Positions 52,011 to 64,000 of a stretch of DNA of 64,000 nucleotides are shown here, piece by piece (position 1 is the first letter of the stretch; each line of letters opens with the position of its first letter). Origin of the DNA: the human T2T-CHM13v2.0 reference genome, Homo sapiens. The stretch lies in NCBI RefSeq assembly GCF_009914755.1, contig NC_060934.1. One strand, given 5' to 3'. Made by a program: the position numbers and the translations under genes. The notes under the pieces are model-generated. The model was not told the DNA's origin. It did not search any database and was given only the letters and a program-made list of their open reading frames with translations.

Positions 52011-55000
52011 TGGGAAAGGAAATATCTTCACATAAAAACTAGACAGAACAATTCTGAGAAACTTCTTTGTGATGTGTGCATACATCTCGCAGAGTTGAAC
52101 ACTTCTTTTGATTGAGCAGTTTTGAAAACCTCTTTTTGTACAATCTGCATGTGGATATTTGGAGCGCTTTGGGGCCTAAGGTGGAAAAGGAAATATCTTA
52201 ATATAAAAACTGCACAGAAGCACTTTGAGAAACTTCTTTTTGAAGTGTGCATTCAACTCAGAGAGTTCAATCTTTCCTATGATTGAGCAGTTTAAAAACA
52301 CTCTTTTTGTAGTATCTGCAAATGGATATTTGGAGCACTTTGAGGTCTATTGTGGAAAAGGAAATATCTTCATGCAAATACTAGACAGAAGCATTTTGAG
52401 AAATTTATTTGTGCTGTATTCATTCAACTCACAGAGTTGAAACTTTTTTTTGATTGAGGAGTTTTGAAACTCTTTTTCTGTAGAATGTGCAAGTGGATAT
52501 TTGGTGTGCTCTGCAGTCTCTAGTGTAAAAGGAAATATCATCACCTATAAACTAGACAGAAGCATTCTGAGAAACTTCTTTGTGATGTGTGCATTCATCT
52601 CACGGAGTTGAACATTTCTTTTGATTGAGCAGTTTTGAAACACTCTTGTACAATCTGCATGTGGATATTTGGAGCATTTTCGGCCTCTAGTGGAAAAGGA
52701 AATATCTTCACATTAAAAGTAGACAGAAGTATTCTGAGAAACTTCTTTGTGATGTGTGCATTCATCTCACAGAGTTTAATCTTTCTTTTGATTGAGCAGT
52801 TTTGAAGCACTCTTTTTGTAGAATACGCAAGTGGACTTTTGGAGCACTTTGAGTCCTATGGTGGAAAAGGAGATATCTTCACACAAAAAGTAGACAGAAG
52901 TATACTGGAAACTTCTCTGTGATATGTGCATTCATCTCTCAGAGTTTAAACTTTCTTTTGATTGAGCACTTTTGAAACACACATTTTACAGAATCTGCAA
53001 GTGGACATTTGGAAAACTTTGTGGTCTATGGTGGAAAAGAAATATCTTCAAATAAAAACTAGACAGAAGGATTGTGAGAAACATCTTTGTGATGTGTGCA
53101 TTCACCTCACAGAGTTTCACCTTTCTTCTGATTTAGCACATTTGAGAGACTGTTTTGTAGAATCTGCAAGTGGATATTTGGTCACTTTGCGGCCTCTATT
53201 GTAAAAGGAAATATCTTCACTTAAAAACTAGACAGAAGCATTCTGAGATACTTCTCTGTCATGTGTGCTTTCAGATCTCAGAGTTGAACATTTCCTTTGA
53301 TTGACCAGTTTTGAACCCTATTTTTGTAGAATCTTCATGTGGATATTTGGAATGATTTGGGGTCTATGGTGGAAAAAGAAATATCTTCACATAAAAACTA
53401 CACAGAAGAATTCTGAGAAACTTCTTTTTGCTGTGTGCATTCGCCTCAGAGTTGAAAATTTCTTTTGATGGAGGAGTTTTGAAACTCTCTTTTTGTAGAA
53501 TTTGCAAGTGGATATTTGGAGAGCTTTGTAGTCTCTAGTGTAAAAGGAAATATCTTCACATAAAAACTAAACAGAAGCATTCTGAGAAACTTCCCTGTGA
53601 TGTGTGCATTCGTTTCACAGAGTTGAACTTTTCTTTTGACTGAGCAGTTTTGAAACACTCCTTTTGTAGTATCTGAAAATGGATATTTGAAGTGCTTTGA
53701 GGCCTATGCTGGAAAAGGAATTATCTTCATATAAAATTTAGAAAGAAGTATTCTAGGAAACTGCTTTGTGATGTGAGCATTTAACTCACAGAGCTGAAAC
53801 TTTCTTTAGATTGAGCAGTTTTGAAACACTCTTTTTACAGAATCTACAGGTGCATATGTGGAGTGCTTTGTGTCCTATAGTGGAAAAGGAAATATCTTCA
53901 CATGAAAACTAGAGAGAGAAGCATTTGGAGAAACTTCTTTGTGATGTGTGCATTCATCTCACAGAGTTGAATCTTTCTTTTGATTGAGCAGTTTTGAAAC
54001 ACTCTTTTTACGGAATCTGTATGTGGATATTTGGAGTGCTTTGGGGCCTATGGTGGAAAAGGCAATATTTTCACATAAAAACTGCACAGAAGCATTCTCA
54101 TAAACTTTTTTGTGATGTGTGAATTCAACTCACAGAGTTGAAACTTGGTTTTGATTGAGCAGTTTTGAAACACTCTTTTTGTAGCATCTGCAATTGGATA
54201 TTTGGAAAGGTTTGTGCCCTGTGATGGATAAGGTAATATCTTCACATAAATACTAGAAAGGATCATTTTGGGAAACTATTTTGTGATGGTGTGCATTCAA
54301 CACTCAGAGTTGAACATTCCTTTCAATTGAGCAGTTTTAAAACACTCTTTTTTTGGAATCTGCAAGTGGATATTTGGAGCGCTTTGTGGCATATACAGAA
54401 AAAGGAAATATCTTCACAGAAAAACTAGAGAGAAGCATTCTGAGAAACTTCTTTGTGGTGTGTGCATTCACCTCACAGAGTTGAAACTTTCTTTTGATTG
54501 AGCAGTTTTGATAAACAATTTTTGTAGAATCTGCAAGGGGATATTTGGGGTGTTTTGAGCCCTATGGTGGAAAAGGAAGTATCTTCACATGAAAACTAGA
54601 CAGAAGCATTCTGAGAAACTTATATGTGATGTGTGCATTCACCTCACAGAGTTGAAACTTTCTTTTGATTGTGGAGTTTTGAAGCTCTGTTTTTGTAGAA
54701 TCTGCAAGTGGATATTAGAGCGCTTTGAATCCTATGGTGGAAAAGGGTACACCTTCACATGAATTCTGGACAGAAGGATTCTGAGAAAATTCTTAGTGAT
54801 GTGTGCATTCATCTCCCAGATTTGAACCTTGCTTTTGATTGAGCAGTTTTGATACACTCTTTTTATGGAATCTGCAAGTGGATATTTGGAGCGCTTTGAG
54901 CCCTATGGTGGAAAAGGATGTATCTTCACATAAAAACTAGACAGAAGCATTCAGAGAAACTTTTTGTGATGTGTGCATTCAACTCACTGAGTTGAAACTT

Positions 55001-58000
55001 TCTTTTCACTGAGCAGTTTTGAAACTCTGTTTTTTTAGAATCTGTAGGTGCATATTTGGAGTGGTTTGGGGCCTAAGGTGGAAATGGAAATATCTTCACA
55101 TAAAAACTAGACAGAAGCATTCTGAGAAACTGCTTTCTGAAGTGTGCCTTCATCTCACAGAGTTGAACCTTTCTTTAGATTGAGCAGTTTTCAAACACTT
55201 TTTTTGTAGTATCTGCAAGTGGATAGTTGGAGCAGTTTGAGGCCTATGGTGGAAAATGAAATAACTTCACATAAATACTAGACAGAAGCATTCTGAGAAA
55301 CTTCTTTGTGATGTGTGCATTCAACTCACAGAGTTGAAACTTTCTTTTGATTGAGGAGTTTTGAAAGACTCTGTCTGTAATATCTGCAGTTTGACATTTG
55401 GAGTCGTTTGAGGCCTATGTTGGAAAAGGAAATATCATCACATATATACAAGACAGAAGCATTCTGAGAAAATTCTTTGTGTTGTGTGCATTCAACTATC
55501 AGAGTTGAAACTTTGTTTTGATTGAGCATATTTCAGACACTCTTTTTATAGTATCTGCAAGTGGATATTTGGAGCGCTTTGAGGCCTATGGTGGAAAAGG
55601 AAATATCTTTACTTAAATAATAGACAGAAGCATTTTGAGAAAATTCTTTATGATGTGTGCATTGAACTCTCACAGTTGAACGTCTCATTTGATTGAGCAG
55701 TTTTGAAATGCCCTTTTTGTTGTATCTGCAAGTGCATATTTGGAGCTGTTTGAGGCCTGTGATGGAAAAGGAAATATCTTCACATAAATACTAGAATGAA
55801 GCACTCTGAGAAACTTCTTTGTGATGTGTGCATTCATCTCACAGAGTTGAAATTTTCTTTTGCTTGAGCAGTTTTGATAGACTGTTTTTGTAGAATCTGC
55901 AAGTGGAAATTTGGAGTGCTTTGAGCCCTGTGGTGGAAAAGGATATATCTTCACATAAAAACTAGACAGAAGCATACTGGGAAACTTCTTTGTGATGTGT
56001 GCATTCATCTCAGAATGTTGAAAGTTTCTTTTGATTGAGCAGTTTTGAAACACTCTTTTTGTATCTGCAAGTGGATATTTGGAGCACTTTGTGGCTATGG
56101 TGGGAAAGGAAATATCTTCACATAAAAACTACACAGAAGCATTCTGAGACCCTTCTTTATGATGTGTGCATTCATCTCAAAGACTTGAACCTTTCTTCTG
56201 ATTGAGCAGATTTGTAACACTGTTTTTGTATTATCTGCAATTGGATATTTGGAGTGATTTATGCCTATGTTGGAAAAGGGAATATCTTCACATATAAACT
56301 ACCCGGAAGCATTCTGAGACTCTTAGAAGTGATGTGTGCATTCAACAGACAGTGTTGAACGTTTCTTTTGATTGAGCAGTTTTGACTCACTCTTTTTGTC
56401 GAATCTGTAAGTGGATATTTGGAGTGCTTGTGGCCTCAAGTGTAAAAGGATATATATTCACATAATAACTAGACAGAAGCATTCTGAGAAACTTGTTTGT
56501 GATGAGTGCATTCATCTCACAGAGTTGAACTTTTCTTTTCATAGAGCAGTTTGGAAACACTCTTTTTGTAAAATGTGAAAGTGGATATATGGAGCACTTT
56601 GAGGCCTTTGGTGGAAGAGGAAATAACTTCACATAAAAACTAGACTGATGTTTTCTGAGAAACTTCTTTGTGATGTGTGCATTCATCTCCCAGAGTTGAA
56701 ACTTTTTTTTGATAGAGCAGTTTTGAAAACCTCCTTTTGTATAATTTGCAAGTGGATATTTGGAGTGTTTTGCGGCCTAAAGTGGAAAAGGAAATATCTT
56801 CACATAAAAAATAGACAGAAGCATTCTCAGAAACTTCTTTGTGATGTGTGCATTCATCTCTCAGAGTAGAAACTTCCTTTTATTGAGCAGTTTTGAAACA
56901 TTCTTGTTGTAGATTCTGTAAGTGGATATTTGGAGCGCTTTGCAGCCTATAGTGGAAAAGGAAATATCTACACATCAAAACTAGACAGAAGCCTTCTGAG
57001 AAACATCTTTGTTATGTGTGCATTCATCTCACAGAGTTGAACGATTCTTTTGATAGAGCTGTTTTGAAACATACTTTTTCTAGAATCTGCAAGTGGATAT
57101 TTGGAGTGTTTCGTGGGCTACGGTGGAAAAGGAAACATCTTCACATAAAAACTACAAAAAAGCATTCTGAGAAACTTCTTTGTGATGTATGCATTCATCT
57201 CACAGAGGAGAATCTTTCTTTTGATTGAGCATGCTTGAAACACTCTTTATAGGATCTGCATGTGGATATTTGGAGTGCTTGCGGCCTCTAGTGTAAAAGG
57301 AAATATCTTCACGTATTAACTAGACTGGAGCATTCTGAGAAACTTGTTTGTGATCCCACAGAGTTGAACCTTCTTTTTGATTGAGGAGTTTGGGAACACT
57401 CTTTTTGTAAAATGTGCATGTGGATATATGGAGCTCTTTGAGGCCTATGGTGGAAGAGAAAATATCTTCACATAAAAACTAGACATATGCATTCTGAGAA
57501 ACTTCTTTGTGATGTGAGCATTGAACTCCCAGAGTTGAAACTTTCTGTTGATTGAGCAACTTTGAAAAACTCCATTTGTAGAATCTGCAAGTGGATATTT
57601 GGATTGCTTTGTGGCCTATAGCAGAAAAGGAAATATCTTCACATAAAAACTAGACAGAAGCACTCTCAGAAACTTCTTTGGATGTGTGCATTCATCTCTC
57701 AGAGTTCAACCTTTCTTTTGATTGAGCAGTTTTTAATCACTCTTTTTATAGTTTCTGCAAGTGTATATTTGGAGCGCTTTGCAGCCTACAGTGGAAACAG
57801 AAATATCTTCACATGAAAACTAGACAGAAACCTTCTGAGAAACTTCATTGTTACGTGTGCATTCATACCACCGAGTTGAAGGATTCTTTTTGAAGAGCAG
57901 TTTTGAAAAACACTTTTTGTAGTTTCTGCAAGTGGATATTTGGAGCGCTTTGAGGACTATGGTGGAAAAGGGAATATCTTCACATAAAAACTAGACAGAA

Positions 58001-59922
58001 GCATTCTGAGTAACTTCTTTGTGATGTGAGCATTCAACTCACAGAGTAGAAACTTTCTTTTGATTGAGCACTTTTGAAACACTCTTTTTATAGAATCTGC
58101 ATGTGGATATTTGGAGGTTTTTTGGGCCTATGGTGGAAAACGAAATATCTTCACATAAAAAGTATACAGAAGCATCCTGGAACCATCTTTGTGATGTGTG
58201 CATTCAACTCACAGAGTTGAAGATTTGTTTTGATTGAGGAGTTTTGAATCACTCTTTTTGAAGTATCTGAAAATAGATAATTGGGACAGTTTGAGCCCTG
58301 TGGTGGATAAGGAAATATCATCTAATAAATTCTAGACAGAATCATTTTGAGAAACTTCTCTGTGATGTGTGCATTCAACTCACAGAGTTGAACCTTTCTT
58401 TTGATTGAGCAGTTTTGAAACACTCTTTTTGTAGATTATGCAAGTGTATATTTTGAGCATGTTGTGGCATCTACAGGAAAAGGAAATATCTTCACGTAAA
58501 AACTAGATAGAAGCATTCTGAGAAACTTCTTTGTGATGTGTGCATTCATCTCACAGAAGTGAAACTTTCCTTTGATTGAGCAGGTTTGATACACTCTTTT
58601 TGTAGAGTCTGCAACGGGATATTTGGGGTGTTTTGATCCCTATGGTGGAAAAGGAAGTATCTTCACATAAAAACTAGACCGAAACATTCTGAGAAACTTC
58701 TTTGTGATGTGTGCGTTCACCTCACAGAGTTGAACCTGTGGTTTCACTGAGCAGGTTTGAAACACTCTTTTTGTAGAATCTGCACGTGGATATTGGAGTG
58801 CTTTGAGACTTATGGTGGAAAATTAAATATCTTCACTTAAAAACTAGACTGAAGCATTCTGAGAAACTTCTTTGTGATGTGTGCATTCAACCCACAGAGT
58901 TGAAACTGTCTTTTATTGAGCAGTTTGGAAACACTCTTTTTGTAGAATCTGCAAGTGGATATTTGGAATGCTTTGTGGCCTATGGTGGAAAAGGAAATAT
59001 CTTCACATAAAAACTATACAGAAGCATTCTGGGACACTTCTTTGTGATGTGTGCATTCATCTCTCAGAATTGAACATTTCTTTTGATTGCACAGTTTTGA
59101 ATCACTCTTTTTGTAGAATCTGCAAGTGGATATTCAGAGCGCTTGGGGCCTATGGTGGAAAAGGAAGTATCTTCATATAAAAACTAGACAGAAGCATTCT
59201 GATGAACTTCTTTGTGATGTGTGCATTCAACTAACGGGGACGAATCTCTCTTTTGATTGAGGAGTCATGAAACTCTCTTTTTGTAGAATCTGCAAGTGGA
59301 TATTTGGAGAGTTTTGTGGCCTCTAGTGCAAGATGAAATTTCTGCACATACAAACTAGACAGAAGCATTCTGAGAAACTTCTTTGTTATGTGTGCATTTA
59401 TCTCTCTGAGGTGATCCTTTCTTTTGATTGAGTAGTTTTGAAACACTCTTTTTGTAGTATCTGCAAGTGGATATTTGGAGCAATTTGTGGCCTGTGGTCG
59501 AAAAGGAAATATCTTTACATAAAAACTAGCCAGAAGAATTCTGGGAAACATCTTTTTGATGCGACCATTCATCTCACAGAGTTGAAGCTTCCTACTGATT
59601 GATGAGTTGTGAATTCTCTTTTTGTAGAATCTGCAAGTGGATATTGGGAGCAATTTGAGGCCTATGGTCAAAAAAGAAGTATCTTCACATGAAAACTACA
59701 CAGACGCATTCTGAGTAACTTTTTTGTGATGTATGCATTCAACTCACAGAGATGAAATTATCTTTCAATTGAGCAGTTTCAAAATTCTCTTTTTGTAGAA
59801 TCTGCAAGTGGATATTGGGAGCGCTTTTAGGCCTATCTTGGAAATTGAAATATCTTCACATAAGTACTACACAGAAGCATTCTGTGAAACTTCTTTGCGA
59901 TGTGTGCATTCATCTCACAGAG
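52011..59922 (+). repeat. Monomeric alpha satellite, family Y (~46 monomers)
   Basis: CAGAAGCATTCTG, TTTTGAAACACTCTTTTTG, CTGCAAGTGGATATTTGGAGCGCTTTG, TATGGTGGAAAAGG. Closer to the M1/SF4-type consensus as recalled. Confidence 0.92.
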
Positions 59923-59960
59923 GTGAGATGAATCACAGAGGTGAGATGAATGCACACATC
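59899..59960. other. Alpha-satellite strand-switch junction 2 (20-bp perfect inverted arms, 18-bp tandem duplication at the tip)
   Basis: GATGTGTGCATTCATCTCAC (59899-59918) pairs with GTGAGATGAATGCACACATC (59941-59960). TCACAGAGGTGAGATGAA occurs twice (59915-59932, 59933-59950). Confidence 0.96.
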
Positions 59961-62900
59961 ACAAAGAAGTTTTTCAGAATGCTTCGGTGTAGTTTTCACA
60001 TGAAGCTATTTACTTTTTCACAGTAGGCCTCAAAGCGCTTCAAATATCCACTTGCAGATTCTATAAAAAGAGTGTTTCAAAACTGCTCAATCAAAAGAAA
60101 CATTCAACTCTGGTAGATGAATGCACACATCACAATGAAGTTTCTCAGAATGCTTCTGTCTAGTTTGTATGTGCAAAAATTTCAGTTTCCACCATAGGCA
60201 AAACAGCGCTCCAAATATCCACTTGCAGATTCTACAGAAAGAGAGTTTCAAAACTGCTCAATAAAATGAAATGTTCAACTCTGTGAGAAGAATGCACACG
60301 TCACAACGAAGTTTCTCAGAATGCTTCTGTGTAGTTCTTATGGGAAGATATTTCCTTTTCCACCATTGGCCACAAAGTGCTCCAAATAACCACTTGCAGA
60401 TCCTACAAAAAGAGAGGTTCAAAACTGCTCTATCAAAAGATAGGTTCAACTCTGTGAGATGGATGCAAACATCACAAAGAAGTTTCTCAGAATTCTTCTC
60501 TGTAGTTTTTATGTGAAGATATTTTCTTTTCCACCATCGGCCTTAAAGCGTTCCAAATGTCCACTTGCATATTCTACAAAAAGAGTGTTTCAAAACTGCT
60601 CAATCAAAGGAAAGTTTCAACTCTGTGAGATGAATGCACACATCACAAAGCAGTTTCTCTGAATGTTTCTGTATAGCTTTTATGTGAAGATATTTCCTTT
60701 TCCACAGTTGGCCTCCAAGGGATCCAAATATCCACTTGCAGTTTCTACAGAAAGAGTGTTTCAAAACTGCTCAATCGAGTGAAATGTTCAACTCTGCGAG
60801 TTGAATGCACACATCAAAAAGTGGTTTCTCAGAATGCTTCTGTGTAATTTTTATGTGAAGATATTTCCTTTCCACCATAGGCCTCTAAGGGCTCGAAATA
60901 TACACTTGCAGATTCTACAAAAAGAGTGTTTCCAAACTGCTCAATCAAAACAGTGGTTCAACTCTGTGAGATGAATGCACACATCACAAAGAAGTTTCTC
61001 AGAGTGCTTCTGTGTAGTTTTTATATGAAGATATTTCCTTTTCCATGAGAGGTCGCAAAGGGCTTGAAATATCCACTTGCAGATTCTACAAAAAGAGTGT
61101 TTCCAAACTGCTCAATCAAAACAGTGGTTCAACTCTGTGAGACGAATGCATGCATCACAAAGAAGTTTCTCAGAATTCTTCTGTGTAGCTTTTATGTGAA
61201 TATATTTCCTTTTCCACCCTAGGCCTCAAATCGCTCCAAATATCCAATTGCAGATTCTACCAAAAGAGTATTTCACAACTGCTCAATCAAAAAAACGTTC
61301 AACTTGGTGAGATGAATGCACACATGACAAAGAAGTTTTTCTGAATGCTTCTGTGTAGTTTTTATGTGAAGATATTTACTTTTCCACAATAGTCCTCAAA
61401 GTGCTCCAAATATCCCCTTGCAGATTCTACAGAAAGAGTTTCAAAACTGCTCAATCAAATGAAAGTTTCAACACTGTGAGATGAATGCATACATCACAAA
61501 GAAGTTTCTCAGACTTCTTCTGTGTAGTTTTTGTATGAAGATATTTCCTTTTCCACGAGAGCCCACAAAGGGCTCAAATATCCACTTGCAGATTTAACAA
61601 AAACAGAGTTGCAAAACTGCCCTTTCAAAAGATAGGCTCAACTCTGTGAGACGAAAGCACACATCACAAAGAAGTTCCTGAGAATGCTTCTGTGTAGTTT
61701 TTATGTGAAGATATTTCCTTTTCCACAACAGGCCTCAAAGTGTTGCAAACATCCACTTGCAGATTCTACAGAAAGAGTGTTTCAAAATTGCTCAATCAAA
61801 TGAGCAGTTCAACTCTGTGAGATGAATGCACACATCACAAAGAAGTTTCTCAGAATGCTTCTGTCTTGTTTTTATGTGAAGATATTTCCTTTTGCAACAT
61901 CGGCCATGAAGGGCTCCAAATAAACACTTGCAAATTCTACAAAAAGAGAGTTTCAAAACTGCTCTATCAAAACATAGGTTGAAGTCTGCGAGTTCAATGC
62001 ACACATCACAGGGAGGTTTCTCAGAATGCATCTGTGCAGTTTTTATGTGAAGATATTTCCTTTTCCACCATAGGCCTGAAAGCACTCCAAATATCCACTT
62101 GAAGATTCTGTGAATAGAGTGTGTCAAAACTGCTCAATCAAAAGAAAGGTTCAATTCTGTGAGATGAGTGCACACAAAACAACAAGTTTCTCAGAATGCT
62201 TCTGTGCAGTTATTATGTGAAGATCATTCCTTTTCTACAACAGGCCTAAAAGAGCTCCAAATATCCGCCTGCAGATTCTACAAAAAGAGTGTTTCCAAAC
62301 TCCTCAATCAAAAGAGAGGTTCAACTCTGTGATATGAATGCACACATCACAAAGAAGTTTCTCAGAATGCTTCTGTGTAGTTTTTATGTGAAGATACTTC
62401 CTTTTCCACATTATGCCACAAAGGGCTCCAAATATGCATGTGCAGATTCTACTAAAGGAGAGTTTCAAAACTGCTCTATCAAAAGATAGGTTCACCTCTG
62501 TGAGTTGAATGCACACATTACAAAGAAGTTTCCCAGAATGCTTCTGTGTAGTTTTTATGTGAAGATATATCCTTCTCCACCATAGGCCTCAAAGTGCTCA
62601 AAATATCCAATTGCAGATTCTACAAAAAAAGTGTTTCAAAACTGTGCAATCAAAAGAAAGATTCAACTCTGTGAGAAGAATGCACACATCACAAAGAAGT
62701 TTCTCAGAATGCTTCTGTGTAGTTTTTTTGTGAAGATATTTCCTTTTCCAGCATAGGCTGCAAAGGGCTCCAAATATTCACTTGCAGATTCTACAAAAAG
62801 AGACTTTGAAAACTGCTCTATGAAAAGATAGGTTCAACTCTGTGAGATGAATGCACACATCACTAAGAAATTTCTCAGAATTCTTCTGTGTAGTTTCTAA

Positions 62901-64000
62901 GTGAAGTTATTTCTTTTTCCACCATAGGCCACAAAGGGCTTAAAATAACCACTTCCAGATTCTACAAAAATATAGTTTCAAAACTGTTCTATCAAAATGT
63001 CTGTTCAACTCAGCGAGTTGAATGCACACATCACAAAGAAGTTTCACAGAATGTTTCTGTGTAGTTTTTACATGAAGATATTTCCTTTTCCACCAGAGGC
63101 CTCAAAACGCTCCAAATATCCACTTGCAGATCCTACAAAAAGAATGTTTCAAAACTGCTTAATCAAAAGAAAAGTTCAACTCTGTGAGATGAATGCACAC
63201 ATCACAAAGAAGTTTCTCAGAATGCCTCTGTGTAGTTTTTATGTAAAGATATCTCCTTTTCCACAATAGGCTGCAAATGGCTCCAAATATCCACTTGTAG
63301 ATTCTACAAAAAGAGTGTTTCTAAACTGCTCTATCAAAAGATATGTTCAACACAGTGAGATGAATGAACACATCACAAAGAAGTTTCTCAGAATGCTTCT
63401 GTGTAGTTTTTATGTGAAGATATTTCCTTTCCCACCATAGGCCTCAAAGCGCTCAAAACATCCCCTTGGAGATTCTACAAAAATAGTGTTTCAAAACTGC
63501 GCAAATGAATGTTTCAACACTGTGAGATGAATGCTCACATCACAAAGAAATTTCTCACAATGCTTCTGTGTAGTTTTTAATGGGAAGATATTTCCTTTCC
63601 CACCATAGGCCTCAAAGCGCCCAAAACATCCCCTTGGAGATTCTACAAAAATAGTGTTTCAAAACTGTGCAAATGAATGTTTCAATACTGTGAGATGAAT
63701 GCTCACATCACAAAGAAATTTCTCACAATGCTTCTGTGTAGTTTTTAATGGGAAGATATTTCCTTTACCACCATCGGCCCCAAAGGGCTCCAAATAACCA
63801 CTTGCAGATTCTACAAAAAGAGAGTTGCAAAACTGCTCTATCAAAAGATAGGTTCAACTCTGCGAGTTGAATGCCCACATCACAAAGAAGTTTCTGAGAA
63901 TGCTTCTGTGTGGTTTTACGTGAAGATATTTCCCTTTCCACGACAGGCCACAAGGGGCGCCAAATATCCACTTGCAGATTCTACAAAAAGAGAGTTTCAA
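59923..64000 (-). repeat. Monomeric alpha satellite, family Y variant (~24 monomers)
   Basis: AATGCTTCTGTGTAG (mostly GTGTAG rather than GTCTAG), ATCCACTTGCAG, frequent CTCTATCAAAAGATAGG monomers. Confidence 0.96.
63416..63752. repeat. Recent tandem duplication of a 168-bp variant monomer
   Basis: Two copies offset by 168 bp share CCCTTGGAGATTC, GCAAATGAATGTTTC and TTTTTAATGGGAAG, with about 3 internal mismatches. Confidence 0.93.

Noticed and set aside
27372-59922. Single reciprocal 32.5-kb inversion
   Set aside because: Monomer phases and family identities at the two breakpoints do not match reciprocally.

Overview
Primate (most likely human/great ape) pericentromeric heterochromatin with no genes. 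About 58 kb is divergent monomeric alpha satellite (~171-bp units). I saw no CENP-B box; the box position carries the pJ-alpha-type TTCCTTTTYCACCRTAG. The array is interrupted by one full-length, dead LINE-1 (~4267-10365, minus strand, early L1PA3/L1PA4-like). This L1 has a 13-bp TSD at a TTTTT/AA endonuclease site and keeps the ~129-bp 5'UTR segment bound by ZNF93. The satellite switches strand twice (~27374 and ~59922). Both switches are short-spacer, in-register fold-back palindromes joining like sequence to like, and they are not the two ends of one reciprocal inversion. At least three monomer families form layers. Family X (ATCCCTTTGCAG / AAAGCTTCTG) covers 1-39.6 kb and 44.75-52 kb. Island Z (39.65-44.75 kb) shows a vestigial ~4-monomer period. 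Family Y (ATCCACTTGCAG / AATGCTTCTG) covers 52-64 kb. X, Y and Z are my working labels. There are many local duplications, one perfect 287-bp conversion-like tract, and single foreign-family monomers. All non-L1 ORFs are satellite translation artefacts. I find no support for a new coding system; the interest is the structural and evolutionary record. Satellite strand is given relative to the conventional CATTCTGAGAAACTTCTTTGTGATGTGTGCATTCA reading. All alignments and counts were made by eye.
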